64,000 nucleotides of DNA from Octopus sinensis. Its lineage: Eukaryota. The translations under genes were made by a program, and so were the position numbers. Every line of letters starts with the position of its first letter. The stretch's first letter is position 1. The notes below the pieces were generated by a model. That model saw only the letters and a list, made by a program, of their open reading frames with translations, had not been told where the DNA came from and made no database searches. The stretch lies in NCBI RefSeq assembly GCF_006345805.1, contig NC_042997.1, positions 114,452,001-114,516,000 of the forward strand, written 5' to 3'. Below, in pieces: positions 25,685 to 39,413 of this stretch.

Positions 25685-26122
25685 TCTTTTCTACTCTAGG
25701 CACAAATCCCAAAATTTTGGGGGAGGGGGGCCAGCCAATTAGATCAACCCCAGTATGCAACTGGTACTTAATTTATTGACCCCGAAAGGATGAAAGGCAA
25801 AGTTGACCTCAGCAGCATTTGAACTCAGAACGTAAAGACAGACAAGATATCACTAAGTATTCCACCCAGCGTGCTAACAATTCTGCCAGCTGGCTGCCTT
25901 AAATAATCTTTTCTACTCTAGGCACAAGGCCTGAAATTTTTGGAGAGGTGACCCAGTTGTTTAGATTGACTCCAGTATGCAACTGGTACTTGATTTATCA
26001 ATTCCAAAAGGATGAAAGGCAAAGTTGACTTCAGTGGAATTTGAACTCAGAACGTAAAGACAGACAAAATACCACTTTGTATTTCATCTGACATGCTAAC
26101 GCTTCTGCCAGCTTGCCACCTT
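25685..26122 (-). mobile_element. Two tandem SINE family B copies
   Basis: tcttttctactctaggcacaa...gaaaggatgaaaggcaaagttgac...ctgccagct repeated at ~25685-25900 and ~25905-26122. Confidence 0.8.
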
Positions 26123-26451
26123 ATCAGTCTTCCATATTGGCATGGATTGGGTGGTTCAACAAGGTCAGATGTGTGAAGGGACTATGATGCTCCAATGACT
26201 AGTTTCAAAGTTTCTGCAGTTGGATACCGTTCCTAATACCAACCACTTTACAGAGTGTACTGGTACTCTTTTCATGACATCAGCACTAGTGAGGTTATCA
26301 TGATTTGCAAGACTAAAAAGCTCCTCATCTAAGAGAAAGGCAGCTTTATGCTAGATGTTGAGAGATGAAAGCATAAAAGAAGGCACAGGAATGTAATTAT
26401 AGGAAATCCTCCCACAAAGGTAGATCAGAGGTACGTGAATAACAAACAATC

Positions 26452-26495
<44 letters not shown>

Positions 26496-26552
26496 TAATT
26501 TTTAGAAAAAACATAAATCCAGAGAAAAAGCACACTCTTAGAAGGCAGAGCA

Positions 26553-26601
<49 letters not shown>

Positions 26602-26616
26602 ATTATTTTTTTTTTT

Positions 26617-26826
26617 TGGTGAAAAATGGTTTATGGGTTTACCCTGGGTTTCTCATCCATAAAGGGTTTAACTTTATGGTATATTGTCAGACCCAAAGAC
26701 CAATTGGCCTAAGACCTTTACAAAAAGGTCTTAGGCCAACAGATCTTGGGGTCTGATGATATGCTATAAAGTTAAACCCTGTATGAACGGGAAAAACAGG
26801 GCAACCTCATAAACTGGCCTTCACCA
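26617..26826. repeat. Imperfect fold-back hairpin (~100-bp arms) between (TA)n tracts
   Basis: ttggcctaagacctt/aaggtcttaggccaa at the apex; arms complementary with mismatches out to tggtgaa/ttcacca. Confidence 0.8.
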
Positions 26827-29800
26827 GTAAAATGTATATATATATATAAATATATATATATATATGTACTTTGATACAAGCAGAACAATCCATATACTTT
26901 GATACGAGCAGAACAACAACGTTTATAGATCTAATAAAGAGAATGCTTTCAACAATATTTTAATATTTTAGTCATAGACTTTAAACACATTCATTGATAT
27001 AGGCTTATACAACTTTCAATACACGGGCAAAATGTGTCACACTAATGTACTTCCATTTAATACGACAATGTTTTGCTAGATTGCATGGCTAGATTTAGCA
27101 TAATGCATGATTCATAGTTAAACTCATAATTCTTTGAGAAAAAGTGTAAAGTTTCTCAATATTGAATGAAGATTTATCAAGTTAGCCACCTGCATTTCAG
27201 TTTCTTTGATAATTATATAACTTCAACCGTTGTTTTTTTTTATCTAATTTTAATGACTCTAAAATACCATGCTATTATTTATTAAATGCTGTCAGCTATA
27301 TTACACTTAACTGATTAATAGTAGATGATTTGAACCAAGAAAGAAGCCTCTATGTAGTCACTTGGTCTGTTAAAAATAACACTCAAATCTCTCATCTCTC
27401 ACAGACTGTACCCAACTATCTCAGGAAAGGAAAATATATACTGAGCAATACAATCCCAGGATAAATAACAGCTGTGGAAGATGTGCTTTAAATTTCTAAC
27501 TTTTAACATTTTCTTCATTGGGTTATATATCCCCTTCATCATCAACAATGATTAATATCCAGTTTTCCATACTGGCTCAAGTTGAATGTGTCTACAGTGT
27601 AATAAACTACCAACCATCTATGAGACTCAGCATTTTGTGATCTGACATGACCATTTAATTTTACGTATCCAGTTTTTGTGTTCTGTAGATACCCTCAATG
27701 AATGGCATAAAGCTACGCCCTCCCACCATCACACTGCTAATTCATAATGTGTGTCCATACCAGCTTGGACATCTCTCCAGCACACTTTGAGTGAGAATGG
27801 AGGTCTGGTATATATGTTGTTGTTGATTGCAAAAGGGACAAATGTGCTTGCTTGGGCATTTGATGTGAATGAAGGGTGAGTGCTTTATGAGTGTTATATT
27901 TTGTTAATGCAGGCTACACATAGAAGAAGCAGACCAAGAAAGATATGCAAAGAGGTTGTGAAGTAAGATCTTAGGATACTGGGCCTAAACATGATAGAAG
28001 ATTGTGATTATATACATCCACCCCCTCTCAAGCTTAAATATACATAAGGCTGGTTTCGATAGTGTATAAGTGACGAAGACCATCACATTCCCTCTGAAGA
28101 GGATGCTGGTCTGTTGCAGGGCTCAAAACCAGTTATTTTGAGGAGAGGAAACAAAATGATTACATCAACCCCAAAGAGATGAAAGGCAAAGTTGACTCAG
28201 GCAGGATTTGAACTCAGAACATAAAGTGCCAGGAGAAATGTAAAGTATTTAGTCTGACACACTAACAATTCTGCCATTTAAATGATAGCAATGATGAATA
28301 ATGTTTTGATTGAATTATGTTAATATTGCATTGGACTAGTTATATACTCAATCCAAATGTTGTGAGTCTAACAGGACAAAATAAGGTTTTAAAAATTGAA
28401 AATAAGAAAAAAATAAAACTAACAATAACAGGTGGAAGTATAGGTGTTTTGATTTAATAAATTATATATTTTATGTTATAAATTATATAAAACATGCACA
28501 CATGTATTATATATTTTATTTATTGTACATTATTACATAAAACATGTATTATGCCATATATATAACATATATATACAATAGAGCTTGAGAATGGCGATTA
28601 AAGGACTAATATAAGGATGAATTTAGATGTCAAATTTTAAAATCTGCTCAAATAAACTTTCTGTAGCACTGAGTAAGCCTATCATACCATCAACTTGACA
28701 TGTGTGTGATTTTTTTTTACTTTTGCAAAGAGAGTATGTGTTTTAATCAAATGTTTTTTTTTCTTTGAGAATTCATCTTGATATAGAAAAATAATGTATA
28801 TTTACTTCAGGTCTCATGTTGAATGAATAATGTATAAATAATGCATATTTACACAGGTCTCATGTTGAATGAATAATTTAGCTTTTGATTATAAAAAAAT
28901 AGTTCTCTTTAGCTTAATAACAGCAGATGGTAATTAAATTTTTGCAACAAGATAGCTGAACTGAAAGAAAATATATATTGTGCACTTAGTAACTGCATTG
29001 ACAAAAAAGCCTGTCAACTAATACTGAACCCTTACTGCATTGTAAACAATTTTAATGAAATTTTATATTCAATATGCACTTGAAAGGAAATATTTTTTTC
29101 AAATTCTGTACAAATTATCACAAGTTATCTTAAACTGCATTATATAGATACTGAGAATCTAGGAATAAATTAATTTTGAGGGAATGTAATTCAAGCTATA
29201 TACGAGGTTAGCGTTAGTAGAAAATATAGTGAAGAATTTAATATACAGGTGAGAGACAATACAACTGAATTAATCCCATCCATCTATTAATTATTGTTGT
29301 TGAGGAAATAATAGATGAGTTCAGGACCACTTGTTTTTCAGAACTCTTGTAAGCTGGTGACCTGGTTCTAATTCAAAATCTCTCCCCCAAATTGCATAAG
29401 AAATACCAAACACTGTATGAATGATCTAGAGTTCAGAACAGTCCTGAAGATAATATCAAAGTACTGGGTTGTTAAACAAAGAGAACAAAGCATCAATGAT
29501 ATGTCAGAAAAATTACCTATCTTGAATTATAAGAGGTGTACTCAGTGCAAATACTGGGATCTCTGACAGTTTAATTAGCATGGAACCAAAACTTTTGATC
29601 TACATAATATTCACTTGATTAGTAGTAGCAGGTGTAACTATGATATGAAGTCTATGAACTACTAGATGGCTTACCAAAAGTAGTAGATAGTTTCTATTAC
29701 ATGAATAACTGAATTAGTATCATAGGTGATAGTAGTGGAAGTAGGTAGTTATAGTAAGAAATAGCTGCAAGATCAGGAAGATGTTAAATCTGCTGCAACA

Positions 29801-30589
29801 TGCGATAAGAATATTCAATGTGAGAGGCTGAAGAAAGATTTAGTATGATTTGTTGAATATGCAGTGTTTAATGAGAGTGTAAAGTGAACTGTGAGAGTGG
29901 ATAAAAAGACAATAAAGACCAGTCAACAGATTGGTACAAAGTCATTCACAGACAAGCTCCAGACTGGTCACAGACAAGCTGTCTCCTCATTCAGGCATTC
30001 TACTGCTATTATGATGGCTTCTATACCTCCACTCAAGCACTTTTCATTCACTTGTCTCTCCTCCTCTCATTACTCATATTGAGTCCAAATATCTATGTTC
30101 CTGCACTAACCACCATGTCCAGTCTTTCCTCCGTAGAAGACTAGCCCTTCAGGATTTCCTCCCAAGTCTTTTCTGCAGTCATCAACTTACAACAGTTTAA
30201 ATGAAGCAGAATGTTAATGGTCTCAAACTAGCCAGTTTTGGAGAGCCTGCAAGGGCCATGGGCATTTTCATTTCCTGTAGACCTAACCAACAAAAAAAAA
30301 TTAAAAAATACTAGCAAAAGAGACAACTGCCCTTGTATAGATGTTATGTGAATGGTTGATGAACCATGACTTAAGTGTCACATGATTAGTGGGTGTTGTT
30401 AGTAGCAGAGGAAGACCAAGACTCCAAAAGAACAGCTAGCATTGGATCTTTGTATTGAGCTACACAAACAAAATGATGCAACACCAAGAAAAGAGTTACC
30501 ATAATATACTATGGACTGATGTGTGCACGTGCGTGTGTACATGTATGTGTGTGAATAAAATTTATCAATCCTATTCTATAATAATGATT

Positions 30590-30800
30590 GTTTCTGATTT
30601 AGACATAAGACCAGTAATTATGAAGGGATGGGGGTTAGTTGAACCCCTCAACTCCAGTGGCTATACTGTTATTTTATTAAACACAAAGAGATGAAAGGCA
30701 AAGGTGACCTCAGAATGATTTGAAGTCAGAACATGAATAACCAGAAGAAATATCAGAAAACTTTTTTCTGATGCCTAACGATTCTTCCAGCTTGCCATCT
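30590..30800 (-). mobile_element. SINE family B copy (decayed); further copies at ~2805-2950(+), 3905-4020(-), 28150-28280(-), 34560-34770(-), 41410-41545(+), 59600-59790(-)
   Basis: gatgaaaggcaaaggtgacctc...tttgaagtcagaac motif shared with 43172-43510. Confidence 0.65.
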
Positions 30801-32534
30801 TTGTTCTAAGATGGGCACAATGAGGGCTTACTTGATCAAATCATCTCCTGTACTTGTATGGTGTTTTATTTTATTAATACTGGAAGCTAACCTCAGCGGG
30901 AGTTTATATTAATGATAATAATAACCATATTACATAATACCAAAATGTTCTCTTAGACTAACAGTTTACCAATATTAATCTTCTGAACCGCAGATCTTTT
31001 AATGGAGTCCCAGTTGTCTTCAAGGAAATAACTTTCCTTCCAGATCATCTAAATAAGCTTAAACAAGTTGAACTAAGTATCATTATCATCAAATGTATAA
31101 GCTTATACATTTAAATATACAGATCTTGGAGATATTAATTGACTGAGTGGATATAATCTAAGCCTGTCAGTTCAAACATTTTTTTCTGAACAATATCTAA
31201 GTTTATGTTGATATGTAGTGAATCCCCTGCAGATGTACCACCACACGGTTCATCATGAAAGTATATTAGGCATACATAGCATAACATCTCATATTCCATC
31301 ACTAGAGTATCTGGTCACTTGAGGCTAGAGTTGTTTCTCCCAAATGAACACTTGAACTTATCACTGCATGCACACAATAGGCTTTTTTTTGTTGTTTTTA
31401 ATAAACTGTTCTTCTCATAGTATGTATTTACAACTAGGCTGATTGAACCATTATTGAAGTGGCAATACAAATTGATATTCTTTATTAAATATGTCACATT
31501 ATCAACTTGGTCTCCTGCCACCCTAATAAAACTCACAATAGTAGTTGCTCTAACAAATAAACCAAAATACTTTTGCAAAAACCTTTATCCTAACCCATTA
31601 GTTTTAGACTAACTGAATGGAATTGATTCTTAAACTTGAAATTAAACTAATCATATATTATTTCAACCCAACATTTTAGTTACAATAATAAAAATTATAC
31701 TATTTTAAATCATTAGAATCCCTTTAAATCAATTAATTACATCAAGATAAAAAGTTCAATTTCTGATAGTAATTTTTGTGATTAAGAGGCTTGAATAAGT
31801 AAAGATAAATGATTTTCAGTCAAAATGACTGCTCTAATTCTAGCATTCAAATGAATATAGAAAGTAAAGTGACAGTGAATCCAGTGGACAGAAAAAACCC
31901 ATGAAAATAGTTGACACAGACACATTTGAATTTCCAATGTTTATACAACCACAAATGTGAAAGCAGGTAACATGTATAGAAACGCTTGTAAAGCTTAGTC
32001 TGCTTGACAGGTAAGATAATTAGGTGCTGATCCCTGAAGGAAACGAGTATAAGGAACACAAGGGGGAATAACAAGCAGCTTTTAATCTATGTCATATTGT
32101 TATTCCAGCACTAAAAATACTTTTAAGGGCAAACAAAAGCCAATTACCTTAATTAGATTTTTAAAGACTTAATGGTCATATTTACTGAAATGTTACAAAC
32201 TGTAACCTCATTTTGACATGAAGCTCATCTTTAATTTATTTCATTAATTTGTTCTCAAATTGATTACTCTGTCATCAGTTGTCTGATAAATCAAATGATA
32301 TATTGTATAAGCTATAAAATGATTTACTTTTAAATATATAGAAACTTGAATGATTGAATTATACCTGTTAAGTCCCATGGAACACAAAACCATAATAGTC
32401 TGCCTCCTCATCATATTTATCTATAGCAGTCTCTATAGCAACATTGGGCATATTTACATATATAAAACAGTTATCTAGACTTGGTAGACAGCATAGTAGA
32501 TTTTGAATATATGGGTGGACAGACATGTAAATAT

Positions 32535-32925
32535 TCTTTTATTCTCTTATTTGTTTCAGTCATTTGACTGTGGCCATGCTTGAGCACCACCTTTAGTCGA
32601 ACAAATCGACCCCAGGACTTATTATTTGTTAGCCTAGTACTTATTATATTGGTCAATTTTGCTGAACTGCTAAGTTATGGGGACATAAACACACCAACAT
32701 CGGTTATCAAGTGATAGTGGAGGGTCAGACACACAAATACATACATATATATATACACATATATGATGAGTTTCTTTCAGTTTCCGTCTATCAAATTCAC
32801 TCACAAGGTTTTGGTCAGCCCGAGGCTATAGAAGACACTTGCCCAATATGCCATGTAGTGGGACCGAATCCAGAACCATGTGATTGTGAAGCAAGCTTCT
32901 TACGACACAGTCACTCCTGCGCCTA
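32535..32925 (-). mobile_element. SINE family A, full-length
   Basis: Reverse complement of the family A consensus from tail to head (cactcctgcgcc). Confidence 0.85.
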
Positions 32926-32979
32926 TGGTTATATACGAAATATATATAAAGGTGCGTGTGTGTGTGTATACATGAGTAC

Positions 32980-33772
32980 TCATTTAACATCCCCTTTTCC
33001 ATGCTGGTATGAGTTGGACAGTATGACAAGAACCAACCAGCCAAAGACTGCACGAAGCTCCAATATCTGCTTTGACATGGTGTCTACAGTTGGATGCCTT
33101 TCGTATTGCCAACCACTTCAGAGAGTGTACTGAGTGCTTTTTCTTTTCATGGTACCAGCACAAGTGAGGTCACCAAATACTTGCAAAGCAAAACTTCTGA
33201 ACTGAATGGGGTGTGTAGTATTGAAGAAGGTGAAAGTATAATACAGGAACAGGTGTCTTGCTGAAGAGCAGAATACATGGCTTCCACAGTGGGAATGGTG
33301 AGAACACACTCTCAAGGTACAAGGTGAATATGAAGAGAATAGAGATAGAGGAACAGAAAGGATGGATGGGTAGGTTCACAAGAGTGTGAAAAGTGTTTGA
33401 CAGATAAGAGTTAAAAGATGAGTTATGAGAAAGACTTAACAGGACCCCATTTTTGCTAAGATGGACAGGTCTTAAGCACAGTATATCCCCATTCATCTTG
33501 GTTTAGTGTCATCTCCATCTCCATGAGGCTCAACATCTTGAGATTAGTCTTCATTTCATCTCACATCTTCCTAGGTCTCCCTCTTCCACAAACTCTGTTC
33601 ACATTAAGTAATCAGTACTTCTTTATGCAGCTGTTCATATCAATCTGGATCACATGACCATACCAGCACAGTCATCTCTCTTGCACATCTGATGCTTCTT
33701 ATGCATTTATACTTTGTTGTACATACACACTTATGTTGCAGATCCAGTAGAGCATGCTCCATTCATTTCTTC
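32980..33772 (-). mobile_element. RTE-clade LINE 3' end: ORF2 C-terminus + 3' UTR + family C tail
   Basis: Minus-strand translation gives LCWYGHV...CGRGRPRKM..E...NLKMLSL...QDEWGYTVLK (RTE C-terminal WYGHV/GRGRPRK motif), followed by the family C tail. Confidence 0.75.
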
Positions 33773-34789
33773 ATATATATTTATAAAGATACATAATCCT
33801 CATCACCAATTAGTTTAACATTGATTTTACTATTTGCATGAGTTAAACTTTAGCAGGTGTTATAAACAAAAAAGATTTCTCACTAGATATGAAAAGATAT
33901 TAAAAGCAAGACAAGAAAATGTAATAGATATAAAAGACCCTTTAATGCAGTATCTGGAAGGCATCTTTAAAAAAAATTTAGTTTGAAAAGGAATAAACAT
34001 AAATGGATGATGTATTCCTTTTCTTAAAACATACACATAAACAGGAACAAATATTGACTAAGCAGAGAGAACAACAATGCAGAAGTGAAAATAAAATCTC
34101 AGTTAATTACATATTTACAGAAACCTAATGTACTGAGAAATCTTATTTTCTGCTTGCTAACGTTACATTATTACTATATAATGTCAGAGTTTCTACACTG
34201 CACACCAGCCATATAACTATTAATATAAATTGATTAATGATGAATACACAGCATGTGTTTTCAGTCTTCCCACAAAAGTGTGTTTAAACCATGTTTTACT
34301 CTTTACTAAAAACACACTTTAATATACATCTCTAATACCGAGTAATGCTTCTGTTAATTCTGTTACTTCTCGCACTTGCAATGTTATGCAAATTAAGGCA
34401 GACCAAGTTAGGTCTAAGTTTGTGTACATTACAATAACTACAATTATTCCCTCTCTATGATCAGAATTCTACACCTTACAAAAAGACAATGCTGAAGGAC
34501 ACAGGTGCAAATGGTGCAGTAGAAATCTACATAAAATTGAAATCATCATGATGATAATCCTTTCTTTTCTATTATAGGCACAAAAGGTCTGGAATTTGGG
34601 TGGTGGGGATAGTAAATTACATTGACCCCAGTACTCAACTGGTACTTATTTTAGTGACTTCCGAAAGGATGAAAGGCAAAGTTGACCTTGGCAGAATTTG
34701 AACTCAGAACATAAAGACTGATGAAATACTAAACATTTTGTTCAGTCTGTTAAACTATTCTACTGCCTTAATAATAATAGTAATAATAA

Positions 34790-35375
34790 TAAATGAAACC
34801 ACTTTAAGATAAAACATTTTTTTTTTCAATGAGCAAATCTTTATATTTTCTGAGCTTGTCAAATTCTTTTACCAAAATATAATCACAAGGGATATTTATG
34901 TCAATCAGTAAACAGACATTACTTTGGTCTTTTCCAACAATATATAGTTTATTAGCCTTGATGGTTCTGTCCATATGTGCTGGAAAGTCCTTCAGTTGTA
35001 GCCTCAAGGTGAGGCTTATACCACTTGTCAACAGTTTTGATTTTATAATGTTGCAGTGATTTTAGGAGCATTAAGAATGATCAAAAAAGGAACTGAAAAT
35101 TATTTGAAAATGATCCCTAGCTTACCATCCCTGCAAGAAGTGCAAAAGATTGTTTTAACAAAGTACTTCACCTGTATTGAGAAGAGCATTGTCACTGAGA
35201 ATGACTACCATCCATGTGAATAATATTTTTTTTTTTGGATAATTTTGCTTGATTTTGTAAATGAACAATCTGGTGTTTTAGATTAATGTGCTAACAGAGT
35301 TTCTTTACCATAGGTATTGGAAAAATACTCAGCAAAAAAATGGAAACAAAAAAAAAAACTCAAAATAATAATAAT
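34790..35375. mobile_element. R4/Dong-like non-LTR retrotransposon 3' end with 5' inversion, in (TAA)n
   Basis: Minus 34800-35030: DFPAHMDRTIKANK..IV.KD...CLLIDINIP..KEFDKLRKYKDLLIE (restriction-like endonuclease). Plus 35050-35200: VILGALRMIKKGTENYLKMIPSLPSLQEVQKIVL...LRRALSL. (aat)n at both flanks. Confidence 0.8.
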
Positions 35376-35609
35376 TACATCATTTCAAAACAGAATGAAT
35401 TATGCTACTGAAAGCATATATAGCATTTTCTCTTAAGATAGCAGTTAAATGGCCTGAAGCAAATAACTGCTGATCACATGCTGTGTCTCAAGTTTTAATA
35501 ATAAATTCTTGCTTACATTATAAATTAGTCAGTTTTACAGCAAGTGATCATAAAATTAAAAAGGAAACATTAAGCCATGAATTTCTATGCAAACAGCAAT
35601 CACCATAAT

Positions 35610-36710
35610 AATAATGAAATTATTGTGTATATTGCTCAGGTGCACTACTACTCATCAAATGTACATGTATAGTACATAAAATTATGTACAAAAGACAGGA
35701 AACTGAACAATGTATGAGTCATAATATACATGTGTGCATGCAAATGGAGGGTAGGATATCAGGTTAGTGTTGGCAAATTTCAGGAAACATGGACGTTTTA
35801 AAGGATGTAATGTCTCAGCAGCTAACAACTGATGCAGGTGGTTTGTTGCATGCTTCAGCAACTCTGTGTGTGAAAATATGTTTGTGAAAGTTATGGGAGC
35901 TGTGCTGTTTTCTGACTTTGTAGGCATGCCCATATGTGTTAAACACATGGAATTCAAACAGGTGCTCAAAAATTTTGTGGGTGTTTACCAAGTCAGTTGT
36001 CAGACGTCGGAGCTTCAATGTATCCATGCCCAGAGAAGCAAAGTGTTCAGAGTTTGATAGATGCCTGTTGGAGGATATTCACTTGGTTGCACATCACTGA
36101 ACAATTTCCAGGATGTCAATGCTCTGAGCAAGATAGGGATTTCAGATTGGCAATCCAAATTCCAAGCGTGGTCACTTCATCTACTACATATGTGGGAAAT
36201 TCTGTCTGTGGGTGTGTTTGTGGAGTTGTTAGCTAACTGCTCCTACATCATTTTATTGATTTTGATGAAACTTGACATGTGAGTAGAATCATGTCTGGAA
36301 ACCAAGAACAAATCCCTGTGGTACACATGATGACATCTCACAGGGTGAAGAATGCAGTCCTAGAACCATAACTACCTCTTTTCGGCTGAGAAGGAAGGAC
36401 TCCAACTAGTAAAAAAGATCATCTTCCACACCCATTGCAGAGAGTTTTGCCATAAGTCTTTTGTGTGGTACAGAATTAAAAGCTTTAGCAAAGTCAAGGT
36501 AAACAACATCCACCCATGAGCCACCATCAGTGATCTGGGTGGTGTCTTCAAGAAACTCAATAAGTTGATCACGGCAGCTGGAGTTGGGGATGAATCCAAA
36601 TTGCAGGGGCTGGATAAGACTGTGAGAATTCCAGAAGTTCCAGAGTGTTCTCTGACACAAGATTCCATCAGTTTGGCAATGCATATTTGATTAAAACAAA
36701 ACTGATCAAT
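35610..36710 (-). pseudogene. CR1-group LINE reverse transcriptase remnant with 3' end
   Basis: QFGFIPNSSCRDQL...VDVVYLDFAKAFNSVPHKRLMAKL; C-terminal LKLRRLTTDL...GHAYKV...FTHRVAEA.NK.P. Confidence 0.85.
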
Positions 36711-37077
36711 AAATAAATATATCACAGGGCTGATATGAACATGTGAAGGGAATGGATCAAAAGTACTATATGGAAAAGTGTTTTGAACTAGGATTGTACC
36801 AATAAAAAAAAAAGACCAACAATGAATGGTAAGTGATAAGATCAGAGCTCTCGGGATGTTGGGTCTCACAGTAGAGATGACAAAAGATAAAACTGAATAG
36901 TAATATCAATAGATCTGTCCAACTCATAACAGCATGGAAAAATGAACATTTAGACACTTGCAACTGATAACAACTGTTTTTTTCTGCTTGTAGTAACTTA
37001 ATGCTTCTAACCAACTCAGCTGTAATCAAATCAGTCCAAAAAGAAAATACACACCTGTTTGGTGTGCAAAAGTTTTA

Positions 37078-37139
<62 letters not shown>

Positions 37140-37430
37140 CACACACACATACATACATACACCATAAAAATGTTTTGATTTATTCTAATATTCCATGCCA
37201 AATGTCCACAACACGATATTTTGCATTCATCCACCCATAAAATGTCCCATTATCAATCTGGTAAGGTTAAAAAGTGATAGCAGGTAGGGAACAGCATACT
37301 GTTCAAAAAACACAGCATGAGTTTCTACTCTCCCAATTGCGAGTGATGAATGCTCAGGAGACAGCCTATTACTTTCTATGAAATTTATCACCATTACCTT
37401 TACAACCTTTGAGATTTATATATATTATAA

Positions 37431-37469
<39 letters not shown>

Positions 37470-37472
<3 letters not shown>

Positions 37473-37852
37473 TTTTAGTTGTTTCAGTCATTTGACTGTG
37501 GCCATGCTGGAGTGCCACCTTTAGTCAAGCAAATCAACATCAGGATATTCTTTGTGAGCCTAGTACTTATTCTATTAGTCTCATTTTTGCTGAAACCGCT
37601 AAGTTACAGGGACATAAACACACCAGCATCAGTTGTCAAGTGATGTTGGGGGGGACGGGGACAAACACAGACACACACACACATACATATATACAACAGA
37701 CCTCTTTCAGTTTCTGTCTACCAAATGCACTCACAAGGCTTTGGTTGGTCAGAGGTTATAGTAGGAGACACTTGCCCAAGGTGCCATGCAGTAGGACTGA
37801 AACCAGGAAGCATGTGGTTGGTAAGCAAGCTACTTACCACACATCCACTCTT
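37470..37852 (-). mobile_element. SINE family A, full-length
   Basis: Family A consensus in reverse orientation. Confidence 0.85.
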
Positions 37853-38069
37853 GAGCACATATATATATATATATATATCATGAACTGTTCCATGATAGAA
37901 AATTCAACCGAAAAAAGTACTCCATATAACTTAGAAGAAATAAAGCAACAGGAAGAAGTAATATTTGACAAAATGTGTAAAGGAAGATTACTTTATCAGA
38001 TAACAAAATATAAATACCAGACATTTCAATGTGTGTGTGTGTGTAGGAACAAGAAATATGTATGTAGGT

Positions 38070-38280
38070 ATGTATTTGTGTGTTTGTGTTTGTCCCCCCC
38101 CCCCAACCATTACTTTCACAACTGACTGTGTGTTTACGTTCCTGTAACTTAGATGTTTGGCAAAATAGACTGATAGAATAAGTACTAGGCTTACAAAGTC
38201 CTGGGGTCAATTTGTTTGACTAAAGGTAGTGCTCCAGCATGGCTGCAGTCAAATGACTGAAACAAGTAAATGAGTAAAGA
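38070..38280 (+). mobile_element. SINE family A 3' half
   Basis: tgtgtttgtccccccc...gatagaataagtactaggcttacaaag...cagtcaaatgactgaaacaag. Confidence 0.8.
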
Positions 38281-39337
38281 GAGTATATAAACTTGATGTA
38301 GACTGCAAACAGTGGCATGAGTTTTGGCTGCCCTGTGCAGGAGCCAAATTGGTTGTCCTTTATCTTATATATAACATACCTTTGACTATAGCAAACACAC
38401 ATAAAGTGACAGTCCTGTGTGGTCCACGTATCCCATGTGCTGCTACTATCTGCAAACTATATTACAGGCTACCAATCTAGGAGGATAGCAATTGAGAAAA
38501 AGAGCTGAAGCAGGAAAGAGGGGACACTTTAGTTCCTCACATGAGAAAACATTTTAGTACTAATGGTGAGTAACATGTACTCAATCTACACTGCAAGACA
38601 TACACAACTACAAAGTTGGATGCTTTTCTCTGTTGTTGCATGAGCAAGATGACATGGGCTGCAACAAGTGATAAACTGCCAAACCATGCCAACATTGAAA
38701 AACATATGTAAAATGATGAAAATATGTGTGTGTGTGTACACAAATGTTAATTTTTGTTGAATGAATGAAGAAAGAGTCCTCAAGACATAAATTAAGACTC
38801 AAGTTTCATGCCACTATGATCTTCAGATAAGAATTGTTACAACCTGGTGTGTTATTTATTTATTACATGGAAAAATGTGAGCAAAAGAAATAATGTTCTT
38901 AAAATTATACACCTGGGAAAGTACAGGACAAATTATTACATCTGATAAAATACAGAATAAGAAAATTTTTATTTAAAATATTGCAGCTAAGGATAAAATT
39001 TCAAATAAAATATTTAGATTTAGAAAATATTAGCTTCTATTAAAACTAAAAATGTTATTACAAGTTATTACTTCTATTTGTAATTATTTATTACTTCTAT
39101 TAAAAATAAAATATAACTCAAAATATTTTTTGCACTTTAAAAAAATCTATTTTTTTAATTAATTAATAATTAGAAATTTGAAAATAGGTTATAAAAAATA
39201 ATAGTAGTACAAAATTAGTACAATAAATAGAATACAAAAATGAGTTGTATGTTACAGTAAAATCTACAATTATGTTACTTTGTAAATTAAAATCAAATAA
39301 TTTTTAATATTCCAAGTTTATCCTTAACTGCAATATT

Positions 39338-39413
39338 TTAAGTAAAAATTGTCTTGTTAAGTAAAAATTGTCTTGTTAAGTAAAAATTGTCTTGTTAAGT
39401 AAAAATTGTCTTG
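39338..39413. repeat. Minisatellite, 4 x 19 bp (ttaagtaaaaattgtcttg)
   Basis: Four perfect copies. Confidence 0.95.

Noticed and set aside
26750-26785. CTGATGA in the hairpin arm
   Set aside because: No properly placed GAAA or stems, and the opposite arm does not keep the motif
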